From: Schizosaccharomyces osmophilus
Taxonomy: Eukaryota
DNA length: 64,000 nt
Assembly: GCF_027921745.1 (NCBI RefSeq)
Contig: NC_079238.1
Span: 4,526,001 to 4,590,000, forward strand
Reading direction: 5' to 3'
Shown in pieces: positions 31,262-45,174 of this stretch. Position 1 is the first letter of the stretch, and every line of letters begins with the position of its first letter. The notes under the pieces were generated by a model. That model saw only the letters and a program-made list of their open reading frames with translations, was not told the DNA's origin and made no database searches. The translations under genes and the position numbers were made by a program.

Positions 31262-33970
31262 TTATCCTGAAATAGCATCTTCATACTTGGGTGGTGGCCC
31301 CGTGTAGTGCACTTTGCCCTCCTCATCAAACTCTGTATGGTAATCAAACACGTCCACCTTGCCTTCGGCATCTTCAATCGCAAGCTTGGACAATCCTATA
31401 GGATCTTCTCCAATCCAAATCGAAGGTGGTGTCGACTTCAATGCTGGGTCTTCATACTTCACGGATCCTTGATTACCAGGTCCAATGCCATAAAATGTAG
31501 GCAGGATTTGTAAAATCCGATCAAACGTAGGCATAATCGTATCCTTTCGGAAGGCTGATGAGAGGTAGCTTACCGCAAAGTTCGATCGTTCTTGCATCGA
31601 TCCACTCTCATTATTCCCTTCAGGCGTCTTCATCGTCGACTCCTTGGTTTGTGTGGGGTACGTGCCTTCACTCATCGATTCAATTGCCTTTTCATCCTTC
31701 TTTTCCAAATCACCCATATTCGACGAAACCTGCCATGCCTCACTGCCATTTTCATTTCCACTTCTTTCGTCCAAAGGATCCGTGGGTTCCCCGTCTTCCA
31801 CATTCGATGGATACATTCTACCAGTAGCTTTTGCTTCTGATATACCCAAATCCTTGGGGTATCTTATTTCTGGACGCTCATTGGCACTTTCAATCGCACT
31901 CAACGGCACAATATCCATCAATGGCAAAAACTTATACTTAAAGTACACATGGCACGCCACCGTACCTCCCAAGAACAATGCTTGCAGGACCGTACAGCCC
32001 CAGTTTTTACTCAAAACATACAATCCAACCAAACAAATTTCGGCGAGATAAAGTCCAACAAACGTTTGATACAAAGCCATCGGATAGTTTCTTCCTTTGG
32101 CGTCGGCATTGTGTCCAAACACATAAACAAAGTTGTACAAATAAGCCACGTAAATCAACGTCAATCCAACCAATGCAAATCCCATAATGATAGGAGCAAT
32201 GATGGCATAACACAACATAATCACCACCAATAATGAATACGTGGGATACAATACACCCCAGCTAGGTTGTGATAAACCGATCCAGCGACTCCACTTCTGT
32301 CGAGGTGTACTGTCAAAAATGCGTCCAATAATCTTCGATAATGCCAAAGCTACAATTTGAGCAAGCGCACCTCCGGGGAATGACAATCCTTGCAACAAGA
32401 ATTGAGAAATATAATAGTTGGATGCTCTTGGCAAATTCGAAGCCAAAAGGTTCATGGCACTCTGCGGTTTCTCAACCACAGAAATAACAGCAGAACTTGC
32501 TGCCGAAGTCAGTGTTAGAACCAAGAAACCTTGAACCGTTTGAAAACCATAAAACCAAGTCTGGCAGTATCTTTCGATTTCATGAATGGTAAGACCACCT
32601 CCCATTTTGCCCATAAATTTAATGAATGGAGGCACAAGGGACATCAAAACAGCATAGGCAACTGTTGGCAAAATACCAGTGATAATACCCATCAACTTCG
32701 GAGGCATGTTGTCGATAAAACGCAAAAAGTGTACTTTGGAGGTTAAAAAGTTGATGTTGGAAATACAACCGACAACGGCGACAGGAATGGCCCAGAAAAT
32801 AATCATGACGGTCAAAACAGAGTTAGCAGCAAACCTACGGGCATAGCGTTCTGGTGTAGACAAAGTCAAGTTGTTCCAAATAATCTCATCGGGGTTGACA
32901 TTCAAAAGAACACGGCCCAAACGCCAGCGACGAAATTTGGGAGAGTATAGGAAGGCTTGGTAAGCCATTTGAAGTTCACTTTGAGTGGGGAATTCAAGAA
33001 TGACTGAACCGACCTTCTTTTGATCTTCCGCACGCGTTTGAAGTTCGTCGATTTCCTTATTCAATTTTGCAATTTCATCACGGCAGTAATCAATGGTATC
33101 CACCTTCTTTCCGATAAGAAAAGTGAGGCGGTGAGTGGGGCGCTTCTTCACGTAGGAGGTGAGTTCAAGTTCAGTGGGCAATTCCTTTTGCTTCTTGATC
33201 AACTTGTTCCTCTTTGCGACTGACTTGTTGATGAGTCCATTGAGAGTGCCTTCGTACTTGTCACCGAGACCACTACGCTTTTCGACTCGCTTTTGAAGCT
33301 TCTTGATGTTGTGCACATACTCAATTCGAGAGGCATTGGGGAAATGCTCGCGAACGGTGTCTATGTTTTCGACAGCAAACTTGGGAAGCTCGCTGATAAC
33401 CATGCATTGAGAAGACTTGCTTTGGTCGTAGAGAGGAGAAGCTTGGATGGCGTGACGGAAAACCACGTAAAAGCGAAGTTCACGGTAAATAACAAAGATG
33501 ACAGCACCAAAGAAAATCCAACTAAGGAAGACATGGGCGTAAAACCGATTATGGTTTTTGACGTTGGAGAAAGATATGATGTCGAAACCGCTTTTGCCAT
33601 TTCCATTGGTGGCATTGATGGGAAGCAAAATGGGCAAAAGCATGATACAGCCCAAGAAGCAAAGGAAAGTAAAGGTAAAAAGATAGCGTAAAAAGAAGTA
33701 AGCATCAACGCCGGCATAGCGAATTAAGGAAGTCTCTGACAATTTCAAGCAAGCCAGAAGCCAGGAAAAAGGACCGCTACCCGCGGGTTCTGGGATTTGT
33801 TCTACTGGTTGAGTTTTCACTTCGCAACGAGGTTGATAAACTCGTTTTTCGCGAGGACGCAAGCAAACAAAGATGAGCAACATAATGGTGAGAATAACCA
33901 AGTTAAAGATTAAACTTGAGACGAACGCCGACGTCGACGACGACGATGAACCAGAGCTATCACTTGACAT
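31262..33970 (-). CDS. OSCA/TMEM63/DUF221 (Rsn1/Phm7-like) calcium-permeable channel
   Basis: RVYQPR, GVDAYFFLRY, ILLPINAT, RFYAHV, IFWAIPVAVVG and multiple TM helices. Confidence 0.92.
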   Translation of the reverse strand: MSSDSSGSSSSSTSAFVSSLIFNLVILTIMLLIFVCLRPREKRVYQPRCEVKTQPVEQIPEPAGSGPFSWLLACLKLSETSLIRYAGVDAYFFLRYLFTFTFLCFLGCIMLLPILLPINATNGNGKSGFDIISFSNVKNHNRFYAHVFLSWIFFGAVIFVIYRELRFYVVFRHAIQASPLYDQSKSSQCMVISELPKFAVENIDTVREHFPNASRIEYVHNIKKLQKRVEKRSGLGDKYEGTLNGLINKSVAKRNKLIKKQKELPTELELTSYVKKRPTHRLTFLIGKKVDTIDYCRDEIAKLNKEIDELQTRAEDQKKVGSVILEFPTQSELQMAYQAFLYSPKFRRWRLGRVLLNVNPDEIIWNNLTLSTPERYARRFAANSVLTVMIIFWAIPVAVVGCISNINFLTSKVHFLRFIDNMPPKLMGIITGILPTVAYAVLMSLVPPFIKFMGKMGGGLTIHEIERYCQTWFYGFQTVQGFLVLTLTSAASSAVISVVEKPQSAMNLLASNLPRASNYYISQFLLQGLSFPGGALAQIVALALSKIIGRIFDSTPRQKWSRWIGLSQPSWGVLYPTYSLLVVIMLCYAIIAPIIMGFALVGLTLIYVAYLYNFVYVFGHNADAKGRNYPMALYQTFVGLYLAEICLVGLYVLSKNWGCTVLQALFLGGTVACHVYFKYKFLPLMDIVPLSAIESANERPEIRYPKDLGISEAKATGRMYPSNVEDGEPTDPLDERSGNENGSEAWQVSSNMGDLEKKDEKAIESMSEGTYPTQTKESTMKTPEGNNESGSMQERSNFAVSYLSSAFRKDTIMPTFDRILQILPTFYGIGPGNQGSVKYEDPALKSTPPSIWIGEDPIGLSKLAIEDAEGKVDVFDYHTEFDEEGKVHYTGPPPKYEDAISG

Positions 33971-34957
33971 TTTCTATATCAACTAGCACTAGCACTAGCA
34001 AAGCAAAGCAAAGCAAAACAAACCAAATAAAGGGATAAAAAATGATCGATCGAAAAGGAAAGAAAAGGAAATTAAAAAAAAAAAACAGGAATCGAGGAGA
34101 TATGTAAATAAAATAGTTACGAAACCCAAAGAAAAGGATGCAAATAAATAAAGAGACTATTATAAACACACCAGTCTCGAAAAAAAAAACAAAATTAAAG
34201 AGTTAAAAATATCCCAAATTAATGCAATTCAATCCTTTCCACCAAGCAGGTAGGAGGAAGAAGTTGGGAGATGTTGTTGAAAGAGAGTACACAAGAGGTT
34301 CCCAAGTGTATTTATATGCATAGAAAGGGCTACAGCCACAGAATCGATTTATGGGAAACTACGAAGGGACATATACCAATGGGGACAAAATCACTAGAAT
34401 AAACAAACCATCTGTCGCGTTGATCCTTCAAATTTTTGTGACTACTATTCGATCATCACTACGTAACACCATGGTCTTAATGTCGGGGTTTTCCTTCTAT
34501 GTAAACGATGAAGATTTGAGTTCAAAAACAAATAAACAAATGGAAAAAGAAAGAACAAAAAAGAAATTTAATTCAATTCCAAGCGTGCAAAGAAGAGAAT
34601 ATAAAAAAAAAAAGAAGGTCAGTGGTAGACGATGAAATTAGACATACAAAATAAGCTAATTGTAAACAAAAGGAGATTTCGTTTAAAAACCTTTCTCTCT
34701 AGATAAGAGATAACTCAGATGAGTGAGTGTGATATGAAATCATCCTGGGACCCAGAACAGAGGAGAGAGTATGTAAAATATAATATAAACATTGAAATGT
34801 AAACAAACCATCGACGCGTTCAGATGGGGTTTTCCAATTGTATGCACGTAGAGTGATATAAAGGACTGTCAAGCTGGCCAACGCTGGCGTGAGCTTATTA
34901 GTTAGGCCACACGAAAAGTTGCTACCTTTTGTAGTGAGAAGGAGAAAAAAAGGATAA

Positions 34958-35036
34958 TGAAAGGGGTGGGACTCGAACCCACGAGCTTTCGCACTAGTGC
35001 CTTAAACTAGCTCCATAACCACTCGGACACCCTTCC
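34958..35036 (-). tRNA. tRNA-Leu(AAG)
   Basis: Acceptor GGAAGGG/CCCTTTC, anticodon arm CTAGT-TTAAGGC-ACTAG, variable arm GCGAAAGC, T-arm GGTTCGAGTCC. Confidence 0.93.
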
Positions 35037-35338
35037 TGTTATGATTTGGAAGAAGTAAAATATCTTTAGAGGACAGATAATATGTGGAATGGAAATGGAA
35101 TGTGGTGGTGAAGCAAGTGGTAGAGGATGTCTTGCTAGTGGGCTCTTTCTCGGAGGACGCTTGCTTCCCTACCCAAAAATCAAAAGACACAGGTTGTGGT
35201 TTAGTTTATTTTTTTCTATTTTTTGAAGGAATTTTTGTCACAGTGAATTTGTATTCGACTTTCTTTTCCTTTTCTGTTTAATTAATAAGCGTTTTTCTGG
35301 ATTTTCCTGAATTTCTATCCAACAACAGCGTTTTCTCT

Positions 35339-36712
35339 ATGGCATCTGTTGCAGAATCTGCTGCGCAAAAAGACGAGCTTCGTCATGACCAATGGTCTCA
35401 AATATTGCGCCGACCTGGCCCTTTTGCTCCCGATGTGGATCCGCAGCTCGACTTCCACGACCTATTTTCTTCCAAAATCCTCGTTGTCGGGGCCGGCGGA
35501 CTTGGTTGCGAAATTCTCAAAAATTTGGCCCTCAGTGGATTTCGCGAGTTGCATGTCATTGACATGGACACCATCGACGTGTCGAATCTGAACCGCCAAT
35601 TCTTGTTTACAGAACACGATGTCGGAAACTCCAAGGCTTCTGTAGCTGCCAAGGCCATTATGCGACGCATCCCCTCCACCACCGTCATACCCTTCCATGG
35701 TAGAATCCAGGATAAGTCTTTCGATTACTACAAACAATTCCAATTGGTCGTCTGTGGGCTCGACTCTGTTGAGGCCCGTCGGTGGATCAACTCTACCCTT
35801 GTCTCGATTGCCAAAGGCGGTGATTTCTTGCCCTTAATCGATGGTGGCTCCGAAGGTCTCAAAGGCCAAGCTCGTGTCATTTTGCCTTCCATCACAAGCT
35901 GTTACGAATGCTCGCTCGAGATGTTGACTCCCAAAACCTCTTATCCCATTTGCACCATTGCCAACACTCCCCGCCTGCCCGAACACTGTGTGGAATGGGC
36001 CTTTTTGCTCGAATGGCCCCGTGTTGCTGTAAACAATTCCGAAAACACCAAATCCTCCCAAGAAATTTCCCTTCAAGATGAAGGTTCCTTGCGAGAGGAA
36101 ACGTCCGTGAGCCTTGCTCCTGCTTTCGATCCCGACATCCCTTGGCATGTGGATTGGATTGTAGACCGTGCACGAGCTCGTGCCGCTGCTTTCGAAATCA
36201 ATGCTCAAGACATCGATCGCTTTTTCGTTTTGGGTATTGTCAAACGCATCATCCCCGCTGTTGCTTCTACCAATGCCATTATTGCCGCTGCTTGCTGCAA
36301 TGAGGCCCTCAAAATCCTTACCGACTGCAATCCCACTCTTGACAATTATATGATGTTTGTTGGCGAAGACGCTACGTACACATTCACCTTCAATTTGGAA
36401 AAACGAAGCGACTGTTCCGTCTGTGGCGCTCTCACCGAAAGCTATCCATTTTCCAAAGCCCGTCCTCCTCTCTTGTCTACTCTCATTCATCACTATCAGA
36501 CAAAGTATCAACTCCATAGTCCCTCTGTATCGTCCACCAGCGGGTTTCCCTTATATTTCTCGTCTCCCCTTCCTTTACAGCAAGCCACCGCTACAAATTT
36601 GTCCAAATCCATTCTTGATTTGATATCCCCCAGTCAACAGTTGGTTTTTACGGACAAGGCTTTAACAACAAGTCTTTATATTTCTTTACAGGAAATCACT
36701 GATGGACCATAA
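35339..36712 (+). CDS. uba3: NEDD8-activating enzyme E1 catalytic subunit
   Basis: GAGGLGCEILK, DMDTIDVSNLNRQF, catalytic CTIANTPRLPEHC, IIPAVASTNA. Confidence 0.95.
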   Translation: MASVAESAAQKDELRHDQWSQILRRPGPFAPDVDPQLDFHDLFSSKILVVGAGGLGCEILKNLALSGFRELHVIDMDTIDVSNLNRQFLFTEHDVGNSKASVAAKAIMRRIPSTTVIPFHGRIQDKSFDYYKQFQLVVCGLDSVEARRWINSTLVSIAKGGDFLPLIDGGSEGLKGQARVILPSITSCYECSLEMLTPKTSYPICTIANTPRLPEHCVEWAFLLEWPRVAVNNSENTKSSQEISLQDEGSLREETSVSLAPAFDPDIPWHVDWIVDRARARAAAFEINAQDIDRFFVLGIVKRIIPAVASTNAIIAAACCNEALKILTDCNPTLDNYMMFVGEDATYTFTFNLEKRSDCSVCGALTESYPFSKARPPLLSTLIHHYQTKYQLHSPSVSSTSGFPLYFSSPLPLQQATATNLSKSILDLISPSQQLVFTDKALTTSLYISLQEITDGP

Positions 36713-36737
36713 TATTTTCTACTTTCCCACTACCGCT

Positions 36738-36740
<3 letters not shown>

Positions 36741-36772
<32 letters not shown>
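36741..36772. repeat. (TC)n microsatellite 3' of uba3
   Basis: About 16 TC units. Confidence 0.95.
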
Positions 36773-36776
<4 letters not shown>

Positions 36777-37693
36777 CATTTTGTTTTTTTGTTTTTTTAA
36801 AATGTATTTATTCGCTATGGTTTTCGATTTTCATGCAAGAAGCCATTTCTAGTCTCATCAAGTTTTCAGTTTGTATTAGTAAAATTTTTTTTTCTTAATT
36901 TCAGCACACTTTGCTTTTATGAATGTCTTTTTCCATTTCTCCTTCTTCCATTCTATAATACCTGAAACCATGATTTTCAGTCCACTAAAGTAAACTTCTC
37001 CCACCTTTTTCGAGTAGAATCATTCCTGTGCGAATCTTCTTTTTACAATTTCTTTTCCTTTTATTTTTATCATTTCTTTTCGCTTGTACCTTTTTTTTTG
37101 TTTATTTGTTTACAGGATACAAAACTACGTTCAGTTACTTTATCGCATATGCATCACCAGTAACTGGTCAAAACGACTTTCTTTTCAATATTTCTTGGGT
37201 CCTATCTGATCTCCCACTATGAAAAGAGATAAAAACTCCAGTCTCTTATAACTATCCGTTAACTTCATTTATATTAAAACCAACTAATTTCTCTTCACCT
37301 TTCACGAACTTCAGTTTCGGATTTTGCCGTTCTTTGTCGGCACAAATTCCTTTGTTCTTCGACTTTGGATATTAAAATCCTCAGTCTACTTGTCTGTCCA
37401 CTGAATCTGAGTATCAGTTTTGTACTCCTATATATTTTCACTTGTCGGTTACACATTTGGCAATTTGATTTTTCGTTTTCGTTAATTTTATAAAAGTTTG
37501 GGGTTTTGCCTTTTGCTACTGTTTATTCTTTTATATTTTATTGGGTCGCCAATTTTCTTATGTCTTTCTTCTCTTTCTAAGCCCTTATTGTTTCTCTAGG
37601 AAAAAGCATCATTCTTACAATCTTTGTTGGTAAATTTCTCTAACTCTCTTCTTGTTAATTTCTCAAGATATTCTGCTTTGAGCCTTCGTCAGT

Positions 37694-40606
37694 ATGCCTG
37701 CATCCAGGTCTGAAAGGACTCGTGCTACTCCAATTAATAGCCTGAAACAAAAGCGTAGTAGTGTCTTTCCGAATTTTGAAACCAGTACGGATCCTAATCT
37801 CATCAGCCAAAGTTATCGAGATACTAATGACATTCACCTCTTGTCCGCTAGACTTGCTTCCGTCGATGTCGATGGAGCCCATGTGCCACGTTCCCCTTCC
37901 CCAGATATAACCGATGATGCGTCTGCTTATTGGCAAGATCAGTATTCTGTTTCTTCATATTCTCGTCCCCGATCCGTGCTTACCCGTCCGTCCAATACTG
38001 ACCTTTTAATTCCCTGGGAACAAGACGAGAGCCATCCTTTACTTCTTTCCTCCGACAACCGACTTTCTTCGACGTATGGTTTGGAAAACACTCCTCTGCC
38101 GAATGGTGCTTCCCCGGCTCATCACGAGAAAGTCGGCTCTCGTTTTTCGTTCCACAGAGTGTATAATTATTTCTTTGATGATAAGGGTCCGTCGTTAATC
38201 TTATACAACATCCCTTCTGTCACAATTGGTTTACTCCTCAACATCTTAGATGCATTATCCTATGGTTTAATTCTCTTTCCTATTTCTAATCCTATCTTCA
38301 AAAACTTGGGCGCTGATGGCCTTGCGATCTTTTACGTTAGTTGTATCGTCTCTCAGTTAGTGTTTTCTTTCGGCGGTTCAGCATTCAATGGCTCAGTGGG
38401 TTCTGAAATGATTGAGGTTATCCCCTTCTTTCATCAAATTGCCTTTACTGTTCTTAATCATGTCGGCGAAGATAATCCAAAATCTGTCATTGCCACAACC
38501 GTTCTTGCTTACTGCCTTTCCAGTATTCTTACCGGAATTGTATTCGTATTGCTTGGATTCTTGCGCCTCGGTAGACTCATTGAATTCTTTCCTCGTCATA
38601 TCCTTTTGGGATGCATAGGTGGTGTTGGTTACTTTCTTGTAAACACAGCTATTTTTGTATCCTCTAGAATTGAAGATAATAATCTTTCCCATTGGGAGTG
38701 CCTTGTTTCTTTGTTTGAACCTTTACCTCTCGCCCGATGGATGACACCTTTGTTTATGGCTCTTATGCTTGAAGTTGCCCAATCTCGCTGGGGACATCCG
38801 TTTCTAATTCCTTCATTTTTTATTCTTGCTCCTATGTTATTTTACTTTTTGGTATGGGTAATACCAGGCTTAAATTTAGAATTTCTGCGGGAAACAGGTT
38901 GGGTCTTTTCTAGTACCCAAAGCGACGTACCGTGGTACCATTACTATGAGCTATTCAGCTTCCAAGATACAAATTGGGGAGCTATAATGGCAACAGTTCC
39001 AGAAATGCTGGCTTTGACTTTTTTCGGCATTCTCCACGTTCCCATCAACGTTCCTGCTTTGGCCATTTCCACTGGCATGGAGAAAATAGATACAGACAAG
39101 GAATTAATTGGTCATGGTATTAGCAATTCATTGTCCGGTCTTGTAGGAAGTATTCAAAATTACATGACCTATACTAATTCGTTAATGTTCATTCGATCTG
39201 GTGGTAATAATCGTCTATCTGGAGTTATGCTTGCTGTTGCAACTACAGGTTTACTAATTCTGGGTCCCGGCGTTATTTCGTATATTCCGGTATGGACTGT
39301 TGGCTGTTTAATTTTCTTATTGGGTATGGAATTGTTAAAAGAGTCTTTGTGGGATCCAGTTGGCACTACCACGAAAATAGAGTATTTCACAATCGTGGCT
39401 ATTGTGGTTTCCATGGGTATGATTGATTTCGTTTTTGGCATCTTACTTGGCATTATTCTGGCATGTGTATTCTTTGTCTTCCAAGCTTCCAGAAGATCCG
39501 CTTTACGTGGGATTTATTCTTGCAATATGCTCCGTTCGACAGTGCGTCGCCCATTAAGCCAACAGAGATTTTTGAACGAAATCGGCAAGCAAATTCATAT
39601 CTGTAAATTGTCTGGTTTCCTATTTTTCGGTACAATTAATGGTGTAGAAAAGCAAATTTCCGGTCTTATTGAAGAGTTAGAGGCAACATCCGATCCATTG
39701 CGTTTTTTAATTATCGATTTTAGTATGGTTTCTGGAGCAGATTTCAGTGTTGTTCAAGCGTTCTTAAGGATTCGTCGTGTGCTGGCTGCAGTAAACGTCC
39801 CAATGTTCGTGTGTGGACTAGATGAGCACCGGTCTTCATTTAAAAAACTTAGCCAGATTTGTTTTACCGAAAACGATATTTGCGATTGCCAAGTATTTGA
39901 AGACATAAATTCAGCTTTGGAATACTGTGAAAACTTGCTATTAGACGAATATGAGGTATGCCGAAATAAACTGTTACGAAAAGCGGGCATGTCAGCCACG
40001 CTTGCCGTTCCTACCAGAAGTGGCACTCAATTAAACTTGGCTCAAACTTTCTCTCCCTCACCCCGTCATGACTTGTTACGAGAAGTTGCAGCATCTACCG
40101 TGAAAGATGAGTCGAATGAGATAAATAGGTACGAACGGTATGCCAAGTACCAACAACCATTCCCGCTCCTCATGCAAGTGTTTGGTGAGGTTACCACAAA
40201 AAGAGACGATTTTTGGTTATCGATCTGTCCTTACTTTAAGAAAAGCCTATTAAAAAAGGGAGATGTCCTTTGGAAAAAGGGCGACCTTCCTAATCGCTTC
40301 GTCCTCCTAGAAACAGGTATGGTAAAAGCTACGTATCAAATGGATAGAGAAGTTTTGTCTGAAAATATTACTTGTCTTTGTCTTGTGGGTGAATTACCAT
40401 TTTTCAGTCAAACATGTTATAATGCCACCGTGACAGCTCAATTGGATAGTATTGTTTGGTTCATGGATCGCGAATCATGGGAATCCCTTGTGAATTCTTT
40501 CGACAACGGACAGGATGTAACGAACGAACTGCTACGAATTGCATTGAAAATGACTCGTGAACGTGTCAATGTCTTTACTAATTTTGCTCTAAACTTGTAC
40601 CGTTAA
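37694..40606 (+). CDS. vsb1: SulP/SLC26 transporter with STAS and cNMP-binding domains (Vsb1-like vacuolar transporter)
   Basis: [40 protein letters not shown] domain (GFLFFGT...FLIIDFS) and C-terminal cNMP-like fold (GELPFF). Confidence 0.8.
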   Translation: MPASRSERTRATPINSLKQKRSSVFPNFETSTDPNLISQSYRDTNDIHLLSARLASVDVDGAHVPRSPSPDITDDASAYWQDQYSVSSYSRPRSVLTRPSNTDLLIPWEQDESHPLLLSSDNRLSSTYGLENTPLPNGASPAHHEKVGSRFSFHRVYNYFFDDKGPSLILYNIPSVTIGLLLNILDALSYGLILFPISNPIFKNLGADGLAIFYVSCIVSQLVFSFGGSAFNGSVGSEMIEVIPFFHQIAFTVLNHVGEDNPKSVIATTVLAYCLSSILTGIVFVLLGFLRLGRLIEFFPRHILLGCIGGVGYFLVNTAIFVSSRIEDNNLSHWECLVSLFEPLPLARWMTPLFMALMLEVAQSRWGHPFLIPSFFILAPMLFYFLVWVIPGLNLEFLRETGWVFSSTQSDVPWYHYYELFSFQDTNWGAIMATVPEMLALTFFGILHVPINVPALAISTGMEKIDTDKELIGHGISNSLSGLVGSIQNYMTYTNSLMFIRSGGNNRLSGVMLAVATTGLLILGPGVISYIPVWTVGCLIFLLGMELLKESLWDPVGTTTKIEYFTIVAIVVSMGMIDFVFGILLGIILACVFFVFQASRRSALRGIYSCNMLRSTVRRPLSQQRFLNEIGKQIHICKLSGFLFFGTINGVEKQISGLIEELEATSDPLRFLIIDFSMVSGADFSVVQAFLRIRRVLAAVNVPMFVCGLDEHRSSFKKLSQICFTENDICDCQVFEDINSALEYCENLLLDEYEVCRNKLLRKAGMSATLAVPTRSGTQLNLAQTFSPSPRHDLLREVAASTVKDESNEINRYERYAKYQQPFPLLMQVFGEVTTKRDDFWLSICPYFKKSLLKKGDVLWKKGDLPNRFVLLETGMVKATYQMDREVLSENITCLCLVGELPFFSQTCYNATVTAQLDSIVWFMDRESWESLVNSFDNGQDVTNELLRIALKMTRERVNVFTNFALNLYR

Positions 40607-41281
40607 GCTTTTAACGTATAGTGATCGCAATATCATACTTGCAATGTACTAATACTCAATATTTTTAATATGCTATAGGTTTAATAAAGATGCATTTATG
40701 TTTATGATTATAATTTGATACAAGAAAAGCATAGTCCTGCATTCAGTACAAAAACAAAAAGAAACTGGTTTTTGTCTTATTCGTAGAAACTATTGTAGAG
40801 TGCTGCTTTTGACAATAAGTAAAAATGAAAGAGAATGCATATTGACCATTAATACAAAGTCAAACTTGGATATAGCGGTTTGCAACTTGATCCGTTCATT
40901 GCATACATTTGTTTATTTAAATTCGTTTAATATCTTTACCAAATTCATTGTTTACCTTAACAAAGGGATCAAGAGTAAGCACCACTGTGCGTCCACGATA
41001 ACACTTGCTTCGTACATACTCCTTTTCCAAGCAGCAATCGTTTCAAACAAAATCATTTTCTTTAAAAAAGAATGACTTCTTACATATGAACATTGGTCAT
41101 TATTTACTACGAGTTATCCCATTCTGAATCGCTTTCTTCCCATTTTACTCAAGTATTTCTAAAACGTACGTTACATTGCCTAATTCCCTTTCTGTAATTA
41201 CGTTACATTTCGTAATCTTGAATAATGAGAAAGATCGATTTTGTAAGCTGTAAAAAAATTTCGATAATGCAGTTAGTTTGA

Positions 41282-42448
<1,167 letters not shown>

Positions 42449-43029
42449 GATGAGCTAAATTTCTTTTCAGTTAAAATGAGAAGTCTATTAGCTAGTATTT
42501 TTGATTAAAAATTTGGTGGTTTTAGTATAATATGTTATTTTTGTTAGTTAAAGCTGATCTTTATGAATATAGCTTTGGGAATATGGGATACCAATTGAGA
42601 AAAGAAATCGGTGTATTTACTCATTAAAAGATTTCATATTTAAATTTTGATTTTTACACAAACTATTGTAACGCATTGAATACTTTCATTGTGAATATAA
42701 GTTCCTTTATTCATTAGGTCATTAAATATAATAGGATAATACTAATCGCTCATAATTGCCTCAACATAAAACGAGAGTAGTAAAGAAATATCGATATGAG
42801 AATAGTAGATCCATCATCCTTTTTTAAATTTAAGATGCGTTATGAACATTTTTTAAAAATGCTAATGCTAGCCAGACGTTAAACAAAAATGTATGATTCT
42901 TGGGATCTCCGTGACCTTATTATGCAAAACTAGATTATGAAAGAAAAAGAGCTCCATTCGAAAGAACGTAAGAGACGGTAGTATAAGAAATTCTTAAATG
43001 AGGGAAATTGATGTACTGATGTATAAAAA

Positions 43030-45174
43030 TTAAAGATTTGAACAAAGAGCCAACTTCTTCATAGATTCCTCCAGGCAATGTTGGTCTTCATAATGCATTG
43101 GTTCAAAAGCGCGAACCAATGCTGCAAAGTCATCACTTTCTTCAATTATGCTTGATCTGAGTGATTCTGGTATAAGAAATATCATGTTTTCAGCATAGTT
43201 TTGATATATAGAACACTGTATCCTATATAGCTTCAAGAATACAGAATGAAATCCACTGTCAATGCAATCCTGAAGATCCTTTAACTTTTCAGACGAAATA
43301 ATAAACTCGGCTGAAACGATGAACTGTATAACCTTTTGCATCATTTTCACCATATGAGCAACTGGCTCCTGTACATCGCCTGTTATTCGGGGATGTATCT
43401 GAGATGCCGTATTCGCATTCATCATATGAGCAAGGAGATGAAATCTCCTCCAAGCTTCAGGTGATTCTTCGGAATCCACACTGCTCACATTTTCTAAGTT
43501 TGCTAAAATCCTTTCAAAAACCGAGAACCCTTCTAAGACATTCATATACCAAACGTCAATACTGGATTGAAGGGCCTTGATAATTGCAAGCTTTTTTCGA
43601 AATTCTTGAAGCACAGTACGCTGAAAATTATAACGTCGATCGTTACGGAAATCATAACTGCTTACGGACCTCGACTTAATATGTGAAGATTTATTTAGCA
43701 GTGCCCATCCGGCATCACGTTTATGCGAGGCACTTAACGAGCCACGTTTATGAGAGGGCTTTTGTTTTTGATTAATATTTGCAATTAGCTCTTGTAAAAG
43801 CTGATAACATAAAATAAGATCAGGATGCTCAGGATTACTTTCGGGAGTAGCATCAATTATTTTTTGAAGCAACAAAGGGTACTTCAAAAGGCGTTGAAGG
43901 GGCTTGATGATTAAGCTACCTAAATCCCAAGCATTTGTAAATTGTTGAACCATATAATCCCCCTCGGTGACCCAAGTTGAGACAACAGGTTTTTCTCTCC
44001 ACTTTGTGATGATTCGGAAAACGGCATCCTGTCGAGTACAATAACCCGAATATATTTGACTAATATCCGTTAAGCTCTCAAGAAAAACAAGGCCAAGGTT
44101 GCAAGGAAGTGGGTCGAAAAGCTTCGTGTTTTCATTTACATTCCAAGCCCCTTCACCTCCTTTATATAATCGATAATGAAAATCAACTGAAAAAGTAAGA
44201 AGCGGTTCAATGTCGCCAAAAACAGTTTGAATATCAATAGTATTCAAAGCATCGCATTCATGAACCCGTAAGCCATAACACTGTTGAATAGCAATTAAAT
44301 CATTAAGATAATTAGCTTCGGTTGTCACCAACTCTTGTATAAGATTCGCCCTTTTCTTTATCCGCTTGTAATCAGCTGGTAGAGGCTTGACATCTGTAGG
44401 GCCATCGTATCCATCGTTAAGACTTGTCGGAGTAGGGGGCAACAAGCTACCCAACTGAAAATCCGAGCCAAAGTCATCATTTGGATTGTCAGCTTTAAAG
44501 AAAGGAGAATCGGATTTGTTACGTAAAGTAGGAGATTGGTTAGGGGAAAGGAAAGATGTGTTAGAGGAATAAGAAGAAGGAACGTGAGTGAATGTTGTAC
44601 TAGAGCCATCCTCTTTATCGGTGATACCCGAACTAGAACTCGGTGGAGGATATGGAGTAGAAGTAGAGTTTGTCAATGTCTGGCTATTATTAATATCCGA
44701 ACGCCTGCGTGTTGAGGGTAAGGAACCGAGACTAAAGTACCGTTTTTTGTTCGAACCCACATCAGCAGGCAAGCGTCGAAAAACCTTTCCGTAATGTTTG
44801 CCACTTGGCGTATTTTCAGAATTCATTGAGAACGCCTTTGATTGAGGTAATTGAAAGGATCCTTCAGAAAAGTACCTTCGGTGTTGAGAAACGAGGGGAA
44901 CGGATGCATCAAGCGGTTTCCCAAGTAAGCGAGCAAATGGTCTCTTGAACTTGCCTTCACTTCGCGGAGATACAAAGTCAAGCTGACTTCGACGAGAAAA
45001 GCCATCAAAGCTATTATCACTTGAACTCGAGTCAACGGAAGGGTGATTAGGAGAAAGAAGGCCATGTCCTGGAGAAACACTTAAGTTTACAGATTTGCGC
45101 TTAATACAAGGTGCACGCTGCAATTTACTTGTATTCGGAGGCCTTGGCAAGTCTCGATTTGTCAATGCTTCCAT
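43030..45174 (-). CDS. gef1: Cdc42 GEF (DH domain)
   Basis: ELVTTEANYLNDL and LIIKPLQRLLKYPLLL; Ser-rich N-terminus; synteny. Confidence 0.88.
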   Translation of the reverse strand: MEALTNRDLPRPPNTSKLQRAPCIKRKSVNLSVSPGHGLLSPNHPSVDSSSSDNSFDGFSRRSQLDFVSPRSEGKFKRPFARLLGKPLDASVPLVSQHRRYFSEGSFQLPQSKAFSMNSENTPSGKHYGKVFRRLPADVGSNKKRYFSLGSLPSTRRRSDINNSQTLTNSTSTPYPPPSSSSGITDKEDGSSTTFTHVPSSYSSNTSFLSPNQSPTLRNKSDSPFFKADNPNDDFGSDFQLGSLLPPTPTSLNDGYDGPTDVKPLPADYKRIKKRANLIQELVTTEANYLNDLIAIQQCYGLRVHECDALNTIDIQTVFGDIEPLLTFSVDFHYRLYKGGEGAWNVNENTKLFDPLPCNLGLVFLESLTDISQIYSGYCTRQDAVFRIITKWREKPVVSTWVTEGDYMVQQFTNAWDLGSLIIKPLQRLLKYPLLLQKIIDATPESNPEHPDLILCYQLLQELIANINQKQKPSHKRGSLSASHKRDAGWALLNKSSHIKSRSVSSYDFRNDRRYNFQRTVLQEFRKKLAIIKALQSSIDVWYMNVLEGFSVFERILANLENVSSVDSEESPEAWRRFHLLAHMMNANTASQIHPRITGDVQEPVAHMVKMMQKVIQFIVSAEFIISSEKLKDLQDCIDSGFHSVFLKLYRIQCSIYQNYAENMIFLIPESLRSSIIEESDDFAALVRAFEPMHYEDQHCLEESMKKLALCSNL

